Shown: positions 1 to 10,328, counted from the first letter of the stretch. The stretch: DNA of 64,000 bases from Candidatus Methanomethylophilaceae archaeon (GCA_050950505.1 JBMNHS010000001.1:416001-480000); one strand, 5' to 3'. Numbers and translations are program-made. Notes: generated from the letters alone by a model not told the origin.

Positions 1-1209
1 TCTGTGAAACAGAGTCGCGAAAACTTTCGCATCCGTGATTATGTTGTCCACTTCCACGTACTCGTTGGGAGCGTGAAGAGTCCCTCCTCCGGTTTCCCAA
101 ACATATGCGTCATATCCCGCCCTTCTGAAGAAATTCGCGCATGTGGCGCCTCCCACCCCCACCGGCACGGGTTCCGTGCCGGTGACGTATTTCACCGAAT
201 CCCTCAGCGCCGAATACGTCTCACTGTTCACGGAAGATTCCTTTCCGGAGATATGTCTCTGAACTTCTTTGACGGAAACGATGGTTCCGAACTTCTTTTC
301 AATCTCGGAAGAAACGTTCTTGGCGACGGTTACGACGTCATCCATGTCATATTCGGGAATGAGACGTATATCGATGGAAAATTCGTAGTATCCGGGCACG
401 GTGTTGACGTTTTCGACATGATTCACACTCTTGGTCGGAGCGAAGGTGGACTTCGGCGGCAGGAACTTGGGATCTTCGGCTGAAAACAATCTCTCAAACT
501 CTTTCTCCAGTTCCACCATGAGATGGGATCCCGCCCTGAACGCGTTCACCCCTTTGTCGGGGGTGGACCCGTGGGTGGATTTGCCGACAATCTCAAAATT
601 CAGCCAAATGAGATTCTTCTCGGCAATTTCTATGTATTTTCCTTCCGGACTTCCCCAATCGGGAACAATGAAAACGTCATCTTCGGAAAAGTATCCGTTT
701 TTGATCAAATAGTCAATGCCGAGTTTGCTTGTGTTCTCCTCATCGGCCACCATGGCGAGTCCGATGGATTTTCCGGTGAGAGAATCTTTATCGATGAATC
801 TGGAAGCGAACATGGATGAGATTATCGCCTGTCCGTTGTCTTCCGTGCCCCTTCCGTATATTCTTCCGTCCTGCACCCTCGGCTCGAAAGGATGGGAATC
901 CCAATCGTTCAGGTTGCCGGCGGGAACGGTGTCCATATGGGACACTATCCAAACCGTTCCTTTCTCTTTGCCTTCTTTCCTTGCCAATATGTTGGATCTT
1001 GTAACGGAAGGATCGGTATCGTCGGGAAGATCTATTCTTTCGACGGAATCAAAACCGGACAGTCTCTGCATAAGGTGATCGGCGCGTCTGCTTTCCCCCA
1101 AACCCCCGAATATCGGGGACAGTGCGGGAATTTTGATCATGTCGCACATTTCGGTTATGATGTCGTCACGAGACTCTTCGATCTTTCTGAGAACGGCATC
1201 CGGGTTCAT
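1..1209 (-). CDS. M20 family metallopeptidase (ArgE/DapE-like); 3' end runs off the window
   Basis: Not in the ORF track because it has no stop in the window. Manual minus-strand translation from ATG 1209 gives MNPDAVLRKIEESRDDIITEMCDMIKIPALSP..., with metal motifs SHMDTVP, GRGTEDNG and ADEENTS. Confidence 0.85.
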   Translation of the reverse strand, partial: MNPDAVLRKIEESRDDIITEMCDMIKIPALSPIFGGLGESRRADHLMQRLSGFDSVERIDLPDDTDPSVTRSNILARKEGKEKGTVWIVSHMDTVPAGNLNDWDSHPFEPRVQDGRIYGRGTEDNGQAIISSMFASRFIDKDSLTGKSIGLAMVADEENTSKLGIDYLIKNGYFSEDDVFIVPDWGSPEGKYIEIAEKNLIWLNFEIVGKSTHGSTPDKGVNAFRAGSHLMVELEKEFERLFSAEDPKFLPPKSTFAPTKSVNHVENVNTVPGYYEFSIDIRLIPEYDMDDVVTVAKNVSSEIEKKFGTIVSVKEVQRHISGKESSVNSETYSALRDSVKYVTGTEPVPVGVGGATCANFFRRAGYDAYVWETGGGTLHAPNEYVEVDNIITDAKVFATLFHR

Positions 1210-1816
1210 GATGTGCAATCGGGGAGAATGTTGATATTACTTTCTTAATTGTGGAGTGCAATCGATGTTTTCAGAAAATATGTTGATGACAAAAATATTG
1301 CTTATGTTATCATAGTAATAATCATAACTCAGCAGTTTTTACTATAAATTGTATAAATGGCAAACCCTTCTGTTATTCATATGGGCAATAACGTGTAATA
1401 ACCGGTGATAGTCCCATATCGGCATTATCACCGTGCGTCATCCATCTACTTTATTGTCTTGCAAACCTTTTAGTTTATTTTTGGCGGATTTTGCACTCGT
1501 ATTTCAATTTCGTATCCATCCCCAAATATTCCGCAATATTTTTGGGATTGTGACCAATATACACAACAATACACCATCAGAAACATATTTTGCATTAAGA
1601 TACGGGTCGTAAAATCTAAACGGGTAACCTTTTGGTGCCGCCAATTTGATTGCGTTTTTAACAGGTAGTAAATTTTTGTCAATCTGTCAATAACTTCTGA
1701 ATTTATTCCGTCTGCCATCCCATCATCTGAGATAAATTACTTCAATATCAGTCCGGGTTTTGAATATTGGTTCTTTTAAAAAACATTTATTCAAAACAAT
1801 CACGGGGATGTGCTCC

Positions 1817-1858
1817 AATCAAAAGGGGGCATAGCCCCCTTTTGATTAAGAAAAAAAA
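1817..1858 (-). terminator. Hairpin plus T-tract downstream of thiolase
   Basis: AATCAAAAGGGGGC-ATA-GCCCCCTTTTGATT is a perfect 14-bp stem, with an adjacent A8 run (T8 on the minus strand). Confidence 0.7.
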
Positions 1859-1880
1859 GGTTTGAAATAATGATTGAAAC

Positions 1881-3059
1881 TCACTCACGGCGCACGATCA
1901 TCGTGACAGCGTTCCCGCCGCCGAGACAGAGCGTTCCGAGACCCACTTCTTTGTTCCTGTCTTCCAGGGCGTGGAGAAGAGTGGTCATGACTCTGGCACC
2001 GGAACATCCGATTGGGTGTCCGATCGCGATTGCACCGCCGTTCACGTTGAATTTCTCATCGGGAACGTTGAGTTCCTTCTGCACTGCGCAGGACGCGGTC
2101 GCAAAAGCCTCGTTGTGCTCGAAGAGATCGATGTCGTCGATGGTCATTCCGGCTTTGTCCAACACACTTCTGGTTGTGTGGATCGGAGCCTCCATGATCA
2201 GTTCGGGAAGCACTCCGGTTTCTCCGTAAGCGATGATGGATGCTATGGGTTTGTGACCGTTCTCTTCCGCCCATTTCCTTGATGTTACGATCAACGCCGA
2301 CGCACCGTCACTTAACTGTGAAGAGTTTCCGGCAGTGACAATACCGTCTTTTTTGAAGGCAGGTTTCAGACCCGCAAGGGATTCCATGGTGGTATCCGGC
2401 CTGACTCCTTCGTCTTCGCTGACAACGGTGTCTCCCTTTCTCGATTTGACCGTGACGGGAACGATTTCCTTGTCGAATTTCCCGTTTTTCTGAGCTTCGG
2501 CGGCTTTCAGATTGCTGTTGTATGCCATACTGTCGGCGTCTTCACGGGTCACGTTGAAACGTTCGGCAACGATTTCTCCGGTGACTCCCATGTGCTGATT
2601 GTTGAAAATATCCCAGAGACCGTCATGAACCATTGCGTCCACGGCGGTTTTGTCTCCCATTCTGTGACCCCATCTGGCGTCCATGAGATAGTAAGGAACG
2701 GCACTCATGTTTTCCATTCCGCCGACAGCCAGGACTTCATACTGTTCGGCTTTGATCGCGTCCGCCGCAAGCATGGCGGATTTCAGTCCGGATCCGCACA
2801 CCGCGTTGACGGTGAAGGAACCGATTTCCACCGGAAGACCCGCGGCGACGGCGGACTGCCTTGCCGGATTCTGTCCCAGACCCGCGCTCAGAACGTTGCC
2901 CATGATACATTCCTGAACGTCTTCGGGAGCCAGACCTGCTCTGGAAACCGCTTCTTTGATTACTATTCCGCCCAAATCCGTGGCTCTTACGCTTGCCAAA
3001 GATTTTCCGTATTTGCCCACAGGGGTCCTTACCGCGCTTAGAATTACTGCCTCTTGCAT
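1881..3059 (-). CDS. Acetyl-CoA C-acetyltransferase (bacterial-type thiolase)
   Basis: Motifs VCGSG, NEAFA, GHPIG and CLGGG; the start is trimmed to MQEAVILSAVRTP. Confidence 0.95.
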   Translation of the reverse strand: MQEAVILSAVRTPVGKYGKSLASVRATDLGGIVIKEAVSRAGLAPEDVQECIMGNVLSAGLGQNPARQSAVAAGLPVEIGSFTVNAVCGSGLKSAMLAADAIKAEQYEVLAVGGMENMSAVPYYLMDARWGHRMGDKTAVDAMVHDGLWDIFNNQHMGVTGEIVAERFNVTREDADSMAYNSNLKAAEAQKNGKFDKEIVPVTVKSRKGDTVVSEDEGVRPDTTMESLAGLKPAFKKDGIVTAGNSSQLSDGASALIVTSRKWAEENGHKPIASIIAYGETGVLPELIMEAPIHTTRSVLDKAGMTIDDIDLFEHNEAFATASCAVQKELNVPDEKFNVNGGAIAIGHPIGCSGARVMTTLLHALEDRNKEVGLGTLCLGGGNAVTMIVRRE

Positions 3060-3120
3060 AATGATGGCCTCATTGAATTTGATGCTAGTGTTTATTTTCG
3101 ATATATAACATTGTCGGCAT

Positions 3121-4437
3121 TCATATACGGCTATTGACGAAAGACAACGGCTGTTCCTCATTCATTCTTTTGAGAGGTTTTGAGAGATGTCTTCTGGCCG
3201 ACGGCGGGGGTTCGTACCATCCCGGCAGGATCCATCTTATGTTTTCTTTGTAAATCGCTTCGGAAGATGTTGTTTTGCAATCCCTGCATCTGTATCCTTT
3301 ATTCTTGCCGACGGATTCCATTCTCCTGCCGCACACTTCACAAAGGGGATTTGAAATTTTTTCAAGTTCTTTTGTTAATGAGACAACATTCAACTTTTCC
3401 ACATTCAATGTACGTGGAGTTTCCCTCAGTTCCCCGATGACTTCCACACGGTCCCCCGGCGAAAGCCAGGTTATTGCGTTTCTGAATGTTTTGGCCGGTT
3501 CGTACACCGTGCAGTCGACGTTTCCGAAAGACGTTTCAACAACAAAAATAAGATGTCCTCCGGAAATTTTTTCGATTTTCACCACTTTTCCTTCAATTTG
3601 ATAAGAACTCAAAGGAATCAAAGAATCGAATTTTCTTAAAACATGGTCGTCAGAACCCTGATTGGTTTGAAAAATAACATGTCGGTCCACGGTTTCGGTT
3701 TTGACCAAATCCGCCGCTTTGAAAAGATCTGCGTAACTGTCTCCCCTTATTCCGTACAGAACGGGACAGGGGGTTCCGGGAAAAATACAGGGTTTTTGTG
3801 TTTCTTCCTCCCAGTTGTTGAAAGTTGATGTTACTTTTTTGTTCATCTCTTTAACGGAATATCTGTCGAATTCTCTTTCGGTACCCCAATTCTCTTTTTT
3901 CCTGTAAGCTATGTATTCGTATGTTCTGTCCCGGGGCCGGCAGGCCATGGCGCAGGCCGCACCGATCAATCCCCTTCCGTTTCCGAATTCATGATATTCC
4001 GCACCGATTTCATTCAAAATATCAAGAACTTCCTGTTTTTCCACGATTTGTCTCACACCTTTCCAATAAAGGAAAGGGGATGGTTTTTTTCTTGAAACAA
4101 TAACACCGGTATCGGATTCGGGACATCTGTTATTTTTGATTATGGGAAGCAATTCTTCCATCAGTTCCGATTCATCCATAAAAATTTTTTTTGATTTGAG
4201 ATAAGAATAAATTTTTTTACCGTTGATTTCCCCTATTTCTTTTTTGACACCGTAACCTTTTCCGAATTTCATAAAAAGTGAACCGTTTCCTCTGGTTTTC
4301 CACGGCACGGCAGGATTGAGACGGATCAGTCTGGGATAACCTATCAGATCGAGATTGATTTTATCTATCACTTCGGTCGCAAGATAAGTCGTGCACAGAC
4401 CTTTGTTGGAATCCGTATCGTCAAAAGAAACATACAC
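3121..4437 (-). CDS. tiaS: tRNA(Ile2) 2-agmatinylcytidine synthetase
   Basis: DDTDS..CTTY, RLNPAVPWKTRGNG, OB fold, Zn ribbon and C-terminal ARRHLSKP. Confidence 0.95.
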   Translation of the reverse strand: MYVSFDDTDSNKGLCTTYLATEVIDKINLDLIGYPRLIRLNPAVPWKTRGNGSLFMKFGKGYGVKKEIGEINGKKIYSYLKSKKIFMDESELMEELLPIIKNNRCPESDTGVIVSRKKPSPFLYWKGVRQIVEKQEVLDILNEIGAEYHEFGNGRGLIGAACAMACRPRDRTYEYIAYRKKENWGTEREFDRYSVKEMNKKVTSTFNNWEEETQKPCIFPGTPCPVLYGIRGDSYADLFKAADLVKTETVDRHVIFQTNQGSDDHVLRKFDSLIPLSSYQIEGKVVKIEKISGGHLIFVVETSFGNVDCTVYEPAKTFRNAITWLSPGDRVEVIGELRETPRTLNVEKLNVVSLTKELEKISNPLCEVCGRRMESVGKNKGYRCRDCKTTSSEAIYKENIRWILPGWYEPPPSARRHLSKPLKRMNEEQPLSFVNSRI

Positions 4438-4454
4438 GGCAGGATGCAGTGCGT

Positions 4455-4766
4455 TTATCCATTAAAGGGATATTCCAAAATAATCATTTTTTCAACAAAA
4501 ATAATCGTTCCGTCCTCGGAAAGATTTCCTCTCACGGAATAAGATTTCAGATCTTCCGGACATTCTTTGAAAAAACATTTTTCATATGTTCCGTCAGAAG
4601 TTTCAATAAAGAACGTGAAACCGTTTTTTGTCTCTTTGACATCGAATACAATGCCTTTGATATCATCGTCATGAATTTCATCTTTTTCCGATGTCCAGAA
4701 TAAAATAAAAATAAGAATGACAGAAACGGATATTATGAAATATTTATCTTTAAAAATTGACATCAA
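4455..4766 (-). CDS. Small membrane-anchored hypothetical protein (possible OB fold)
   Basis: N-terminal hydrophobic helix followed by a beta-rich domain; co-oriented and 17 bp from tiaS. Confidence 0.6.
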   Translation of the reverse strand: MMSIFKDKYFIISVSVILIFILFWTSEKDEIHDDDIKGIVFDVKETKNGFTFFIETSDGTYEKCFFKECPEDLKSYSVRGNLSEDGTIIFVEKMIILEYPFNG

Positions 4767-5091
4767 TCGTAATACTTATTGAGTTTAAATCAAAGAAGAG
4801 GCTACAGTTAATCTAAACCCCCCCACCCCTTCATTTCCACTGGAGAATTATTCTGATGTTCCGTTGTGGATCAACTCAATAATCCGATTATGTAGAGAAC
4901 GCCGACAAAGGCTATAATTCCTAAAACACACGCACCTATGATATACACTGCTTTTTTCATAATATGCAATTCCTTTAAGGATATGAAGAATATTTAATTA
5001 TAAAACAATTCATCAAAGTACAGCAATATACATCTCGTTGTTTTCAGTTGAAAACTATTATATGTATGAAACATCTTCATGAGAAATTGCG
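4767..5091. other. Replication origin oriC (AT-rich putative unwinding region upstream of cdc6)
   Basis: An ORB, an AT-rich intergenic tract and a mini-ORB-like palindrome TTTTCAGTTGAAAA at 5041-5054, all adjacent to orc1/cdc6. Confidence 0.75.
4818..4846 (-). promoter_or_regulatory. Origin recognition box (ORB) with G-string
   Basis: The minus strand reads TCTCCAGTGGAAATGAAGGGGTGGGGGGG, matching the archaeal ORB consensus TCCAGTGGAAA + G-string. Confidence 0.9.
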
Positions 5092-6336
5092 GTGTTTCCT
5101 TTGAATGACAGAGAATCGATTTTCAAGAAATATATGGACAAAAGAGTTCCGTTGATCAAGAATAAGAAAATTCTTCAATCATCATACATACCGGAACAGT
5201 TACCGCACAGAGAAGAACAGATTAATGACATTGTTGAAATTGTCGCTCCGTCTTTAGTCAAAGACAAACCTTCGAATATTCTGATAATAGGAAAAACGGG
5301 AACCGGAAAAACCGCAGTTGTGAAATACATCGGAAAAGAATTGAAAAAAGCCGATGAAGACGAAGAGAACTGTTGTTTTGTTTACATAAATTGTGAGGTT
5401 GTCGATACTCCTTACGGTATTCTTTACAACATTGCAAATCAGATTATAAAGGATGAAACGAAAAGCATTCCTTTCACCGGTTGGAGTCTTGACAGAGTTT
5501 TCGGCGAATTGACAAAATATATCGAAGAAGAAAAAAAGATTTACATCGTAGTGTTGGATGAGATAGACCGTTCATTCCAGAAAAACGGAGATGATATTTT
5601 CTACTTCCTGACTACAATCAATGAAGTTTTGGAAAAATCAAAAGTTTCCATAATAGGTATAAGCAACAATCCGAAATTCACTGATTTTTTAGATCCGAAA
5701 ATCAAGAGCAGATTGGGAGAAGAGAAAATTATATTTCCTCCTTACAACACCATTCAGTTGGAAGATATTCTGAGAGACAGATCTTTGGAAGCGTTTACCG
5801 AAGGAACATTGTCTGAAGGAGTCATATCTTACTGCGCCGCATTATCGGCACAGGATATGGGAGACGCGAGAAGAGCTTTGGATCTTCTCAGAATCGCGGC
5901 CGACATAGCCGAAAGAAACAATGATAAAATTGTCACCGAAGCTCATGTCAAATACGCAAAAAATAAAATTGAACTCGATGCGGTTTCTGAAGTTGTAAGA
6001 ACTCTTACTCCTCAATCAAAAATAGTTCTGATGAGTATTGTCATAAATACTGAAAATGAAAATCCTGTTATGAATACCGGTGATGTTTTTACAACTTACA
6101 AACACATTTCGGAAATAATGGAAACTTCGGTGTTGACTCAGAGAAGAGTTGCGGGATTGATTTCCGAACTGGATATGTTGGGTATAATTCACGCGCGGGT
6201 GAAATCTTTCGGCCGTGCCGGAAGAACGAGAGAGATTGAACTCAACACTAAAGATGTAATCGATTTATTGAAATCCGATACTCTTTTCAAGAAACTCAAC
6301 AACTACAAAAATATTAAACAAACGACTTTGATGTGA
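5092..6336 (+). CDS. cdc6: ORC1-type DNA replication initiator Cdc6/Orc1
   Basis: Walker A GKTGTGKT, Walker B VLDEID, GDARRALDLL and winged-helix SFGRAGRT. Confidence 0.97.
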   Translation: MFPLNDRESIFKKYMDKRVPLIKNKKILQSSYIPEQLPHREEQINDIVEIVAPSLVKDKPSNILIIGKTGTGKTAVVKYIGKELKKADEDEENCCFVYINCEVVDTPYGILYNIANQIIKDETKSIPFTGWSLDRVFGELTKYIEEEKKIYIVVLDEIDRSFQKNGDDIFYFLTTINEVLEKSKVSIIGISNNPKFTDFLDPKIKSRLGEEKIIFPPYNTIQLEDILRDRSLEAFTEGTLSEGVISYCAALSAQDMGDARRALDLLRIAADIAERNNDKIVTEAHVKYAKNKIELDAVSEVVRTLTPQSKIVLMSIVINTENENPVMNTGDVFTTYKHISEIMETSVLTQRRVAGLISELDMLGIIHARVKSFGRAGRTREIELNTKDVIDLLKSDTLFKKLNNYKNIKQTTLM

Positions 6337-6479
6337 AAATAATCTCCAGTGGAAATGAAGGGGTGAGATGTAATCGATTTATTGAAATCCGATACTCTTT
6401 TCAAGAAACTCAACAACTACAAAAATATTAAACAAACGACTTTGATGTGAAAATAATCTCCAGTGGAAATGAAGGGGTG
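6252..6479 (+). repeat. Exact 114-bp tandem duplication (3' end of cdc6 plus ORB)
   Basis: 6252-6365 is identical to 6366-6479. Confidence 0.95.
6343..6365 (+). promoter_or_regulatory. ORB downstream of cdc6 (copy 1)
   Basis: TCTCCAGTGGAAATGAAGGGGTG. Confidence 0.85.
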
Positions 6480-6484
6480 GGGGG
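6457..6484 (+). promoter_or_regulatory. ORB downstream of cdc6 (copy 2, full G-string)
   Basis: TCTCCAGTGGAAATGAAGGGGTGGGGGG, inverted relative to the ORB at 4818-4846. Confidence 0.9.
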
Positions 6485-6489
6485 TTATT

Positions 6490-7287
6490 TCATTTTCTTT
6501 TAACATAATGCAACGTAGAGAGTGCAAACGAAGAAAATATTGACACAATCAATGTGAAAGTAAAAACACCCAGATTCAATATACTGTTCGGTGCGAACTT
6601 TTTGACGGATTCTCCGTTTCCGTTTATGATCATTTTCACGGAACCCAACCAAGGAATTTCAAACACCGGAACAGAATCCACATTCCTGTATTCGACCAGT
6701 TTGTTATTATGTTGATTGTTCTGATCGACAACATCGCTGCCGTCACCCATGGTGATGTACCCTTCCGTTCCTATTTTCATTTCTTTCAGAATCTTCTCAA
6801 TGGGAATCAGTATTTTTTTGTCACTGTTCTCTTTTTCAATGTGAAAATCCATCATGATTTTTTCTTTGTCGTCACCTTCATTGAGATAAACCGAAGGATA
6901 ATTTTTCAAATCCGGAATTCTCGCAAATTTTTTTTCTTCATCCAAATCGATTTCAATTTTCATCAAAACCCTATGAATGATTTTTTCATTGCCGGAGGTG
7001 TTGTAAATTATTACACTGCCGTAATCTCCGAAGGTTTTGAAACCCGTGAAATAACCTTCGAGATACGTACGGATTTCTACCCGGTTTTTGTTTCTCACCA
7101 AAACCATGTCCCCGGTGTCCAGGGAACCTATCTGTGATTTTTTCTGATCTTTTTGCATACTTTGGGAAACAATCACCGAAAAAGGAGGATCGTGCCCGGA
7201 ATATGCCATCAATCCTATAAATCCCGCAACAAAGAAAGAAGCGACCAAAAACATCGAAATGATGGTCATTTTGTTTTCTCTCTTCAT
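6490..7287 (-). CDS. S26 family signal peptidase I (Sec11-like)
   Basis: N-terminal TM, catalytic SQSM, GDMV, IIHR, TMGD and a C-terminal IPWLG plus TM. Confidence 0.85.
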   Translation of the reverse strand: MKRENKMTIISMFLVASFFVAGFIGLMAYSGHDPPFSVIVSQSMQKDQKKSQIGSLDTGDMVLVRNKNRVEIRTYLEGYFTGFKTFGDYGSVIIYNTSGNEKIIHRVLMKIEIDLDEEKKFARIPDLKNYPSVYLNEGDDKEKIMMDFHIEKENSDKKILIPIEKILKEMKIGTEGYITMGDGSDVVDQNNQHNNKLVEYRNVDSVPVFEIPWLGSVKMIINGNGESVKKFAPNSILNLGVFTFTLIVSIFSSFALSTLHYVKRK

Positions 7288-7389
7288 CGGATGTGTGTAT
7301 TGGCACTGTCGATATTTATGTGTTGATTAAATAATCATTTTTTTAACTTTTCAATACATATATATTGTTAAGATTGACTTCTGATTTTT

Positions 7390-7836
7390 ATGGACAGACC
7401 TTCTGCCGATGAATATTTTATGAATATGGCACAACTTGTCGCAACCAGATCTACCTGTGTAAGGCGGCAGGTGGGTGCGGTCATCGTCAAAGATAAGCGT
7501 GTTCTTTCTACCGGTTACAACGGGGCCCCGAAAGGTTCCAAACACTGTGATGAACTCGGTTGCATCAGAGTGAAACTGAATGTTCCTTCAGGAACCCGTC
7601 ATGAACTGTGCAGAGGCGTGCACGCCGAACAGAATGCGGTCATTCAGGCGGCTTATTTCGGAGTGAGCGTAAAAGATTCAACGATTTACACAACCACGTA
7701 TCCCTGTTCCATGTGTGCCAAACTTCTGATTAACGCGGGTATCAGGGAAATTGTGTATTATGAAGGGTATCCGGACGATTTGTCCAAAGATCTTTTACTC
7801 GAATCGGATATAATTGTCCGTAAATTTCCTGAATAA
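7390..7836 (+). CDS. dCMP deaminase (cytidine/deoxycytidylate deaminase family)
   Basis: [19 protein letters not shown] and PCSMC zinc motifs. Confidence 0.92.
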   Translation: MDRPSADEYFMNMAQLVATRSTCVRRQVGAVIVKDKRVLSTGYNGAPKGSKHCDELGCIRVKLNVPSGTRHELCRGVHAEQNAVIQAAYFGVSVKDSTIYTTTYPCSMCAKLLINAGIREIVYYEGYPDDLSKDLLLESDIIVRKFPE

Positions 7837-7921
7837 GTTTATTTGTGGTATATTTAAAAAGGGACAATTACCATTAAGTATACTCTTGTTTATAACACAA
7901 AAAAAGGTCGGGGAGTTTAAT

Positions 7922-8254
7922 TTGAGCCGAACTGAGATACTTACACAAATCAAAGCTGCGGAAAAAGCCGCCGACGATAAAGTCGAGGCAGCGCAGATCA
8001 AGAGCAGAGAGGACATTTCCAATGCTCGAAGAGAGGCTGTGAATAGGATTCAGGAGGAGGAGGCCAACAAACGCGCTTCCGTTGACGCCGCCATCGCAGC
8101 CAAGAAAAAGGAGTTGGCCGTCAAACGTGAAAGTTTCCTTGAAAAAGGACGGGACGAAGCCGGCAGACTCGAGGAATCGTCTTCTGAGAAAAAGAAAGAG
8201 GTCAGGAAATTCCTGAACGAAGAATTTGAGAGGCCGATAGATGTTACTTCCTGA
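7922..8254 (+). CDS. atpH: A1Ao ATP synthase subunit H
   Basis: Charged coiled coil, first gene of the operon, TTG start after GGGAG. Confidence 0.85.
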   Translation: MSRTEILTQIKAAEKAADDKVEAAQIKSREDISNARREAVNRIQEEEANKRASVDAAIAAKKKELAVKRESFLEKGRDEAGRLEESSSEKKKEVRKFLNEEFERPIDVTS

Positions 8255-10328
8255 ATCGATGAGCAGGGTTGTCATCGCCGGTACAAAAACCAACATTGAC
8301 AGGGCCACGGAGGTACTGTACGATGTGGAGGCGATACACCTCATCGATCACACTGTTGAAGCAGACGAAGGTTATTCTATTGGGTCTCCCCGTGAATATT
8401 CATCAAAGGCATCCGAAAGATTGCTGAAGGTAAGATCTCTGATCAAGGAATTGGGAATCACGAAGAAAACACCCCATTCCGTAATTTCGGAGGAAGAAAC
8501 CAAATCCCTCTTGGATTCCGGCGAAGTGGAATCCGTGGAAAAAACGGTAGTGACCGCAATCGACAAACGGAACGACCTCAAACAGAAAATCGATGAAACA
8601 AACTCCTTGAAAAACGAACTTGAACTTTTACAACTTCTTCCGATTGATTTGGAACTTTACAATAATTATCAAACTATCACTTCTTTTGTCGGGACCGTGA
8701 AAACAAATCCCGCCGAAGCTTTGAAAGATCTGGAAACTGAAATTTTCTTCGCGGAAATCAAAAAATCGGATCCATTGGTCGCTGTGTTCGTGAGGAACGA
8801 AGACAGGGATGCGGCATCCCTCATTCTGTCCGAATTGAACTTCAAAGAAATCGTGGTGGATTCCAACGCCGCGGGCAAACCCGGCGATGTTTTTGCCGAA
8901 ACCGAAGCGGAACTGTTGAAATTACAGTCCGAACTGGAGGCCGCCGAAGAAGAAATCGGGGAACTGAGAGAAAAATTCGTTTCTTTCCTTTACGCGGCCG
9001 AAGAAGATCTGTCCATCACGGTGGAAAAGGGAGAAATACCCCTGAGAATCGCCAACAGTGAATATTCTTTCATTGTCGACGCTTGGATACCCACCAGAAA
9101 CGTGGACACCGTAAGCGAAAGACTTCAGCAGGAAACCGACGGCAAACTGCACGTCGAATTTTTGGAGACCCGGGGACGCACCCAAGCGGAATCCGATGCT
9201 GTGGAAGAACGCTTCCGCGAACCCCCGTCAAAACTGGACAACGGCCCTTACACGGCCGAATTCGAATACGCATTGAAATTGGTCAACGTTCCGAAATACA
9301 GAGAAGTGGATCCTTCCCTCCTCATCGGAATATTCTTGCCGATGTTCTTCGGGTTCATGGTGGGCGATGTCGGATACGCCATCCCCTTCATAATTCTCGG
9401 AGGATACGGACTTAACGCCAAGAGCAAAGAGTGGCGCGCAATAGGCCGCGTTCTGTTCTTCGGCGGAATCTGGGCATTCCTCTTCGGACTTTTGTTCTAC
9501 GGTGAATGTCTGGGTATGCATTTCGCGGGACATCATTCCGACACGAGCATAACTTGGGAACACCTTCTCGGATTCGAGGCGGGCGCCCTTGATGTGTTCA
9601 AGTCGGTAATGTACAACGCCGTCCATGACGGCGTGGAACACGTGGGTGTGGGCAAGCTTGTGGAAATTCCCATGCTTTTGAAACTCTCCGTGTACATCGG
9701 TGTGGTGCACCTGTTCATAGGATACTGCTGTAAATTCTACAACCTGTACGTAGCGCACGGGTTCAAGAAGGCGTTCCTCGATCAGGGCGGATGGCTGTTT
9801 GCTTTCGTGGGCATGGTAATGCTCTGTTACGCATTGGCATTCTCGCTGTTCAGCGACGATCTCGGCACCACGTTGATGGAAGAGTACAAAATCCCGTTGA
9901 TGGTAGGTGTGGCCCTCCTGGTCTTTGGATTGATATTCACGGTCAGGAAAGAAGGTGTGATGAGTATTATGGAGCTTCCGGGAATCGTGGGCAACATTTT
10001 GTCATACACACGTCTCGCGGCCATAGGAATGTCAAAAGCCGGAATGGCAATGGCGTTCAACTATATCTCATTCACAATGATCTTTATGGGACTCGGCGGC
10101 GGAATCCTCGGCGGTATAGTAGGATTCCTGGTCTTCCTGGTCTTCCATCTCCTGATATTCTTCTTGGCGATACTTTCGGCGGGACTGCACTCCCTCAGGT
10201 TGCAGTTCGTCGAACTTATGTCCAAGTTCTTTGTCGGAGGCGGAGAGGAGTTCGCTCCCCTCAAGGTCGTTCGCGAAAAAACCTTTTACTCAAACGCGGT
10301 TAATAATCAACCTGAAACAGAGGTATGA
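8241..10328 (+). CDS. atpI: A1Ao ATP synthase subunit I (a)
   Basis: PKYREVDP, FGFMVGDVGY, SYTRLAA and LRLQFVE motifs. Confidence 0.96.
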   Translation: MLLPESMSRVVIAGTKTNIDRATEVLYDVEAIHLIDHTVEADEGYSIGSPREYSSKASERLLKVRSLIKELGITKKTPHSVISEEETKSLLDSGEVESVEKTVVTAIDKRNDLKQKIDETNSLKNELELLQLLPIDLELYNNYQTITSFVGTVKTNPAEALKDLETEIFFAEIKKSDPLVAVFVRNEDRDAASLILSELNFKEIVVDSNAAGKPGDVFAETEAELLKLQSELEAAEEEIGELREKFVSFLYAAEEDLSITVEKGEIPLRIANSEYSFIVDAWIPTRNVDTVSERLQQETDGKLHVEFLETRGRTQAESDAVEERFREPPSKLDNGPYTAEFEYALKLVNVPKYREVDPSLLIGIFLPMFFGFMVGDVGYAIPFIILGGYGLNAKSKEWRAIGRVLFFGGIWAFLFGLLFYGECLGMHFAGHHSDTSITWEHLLGFEAGALDVFKSVMYNAVHDGVEHVGVGKLVEIPMLLKLSVYIGVVHLFIGYCCKFYNLYVAHGFKKAFLDQGGWLFAFVGMVMLCYALAFSLFSDDLGTTLMEEYKIPLMVGVALLVFGLIFTVRKEGVMSIMELPGIVGNILSYTRLAAIGMSKAGMAMAFNYISFTMIFMGLGGGILGGIVGFLVFLVFHLLIFFLAILSAGLHSLRLQFVELMSKFFVGGGEEFAPLKVVREKTFYSNAVNNQPETEV

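Noticed and set aside
4-1248. Several + strand ORFs at the window start
   Set aside because: All are antisense to the M20 peptidase gene on the minus strand.
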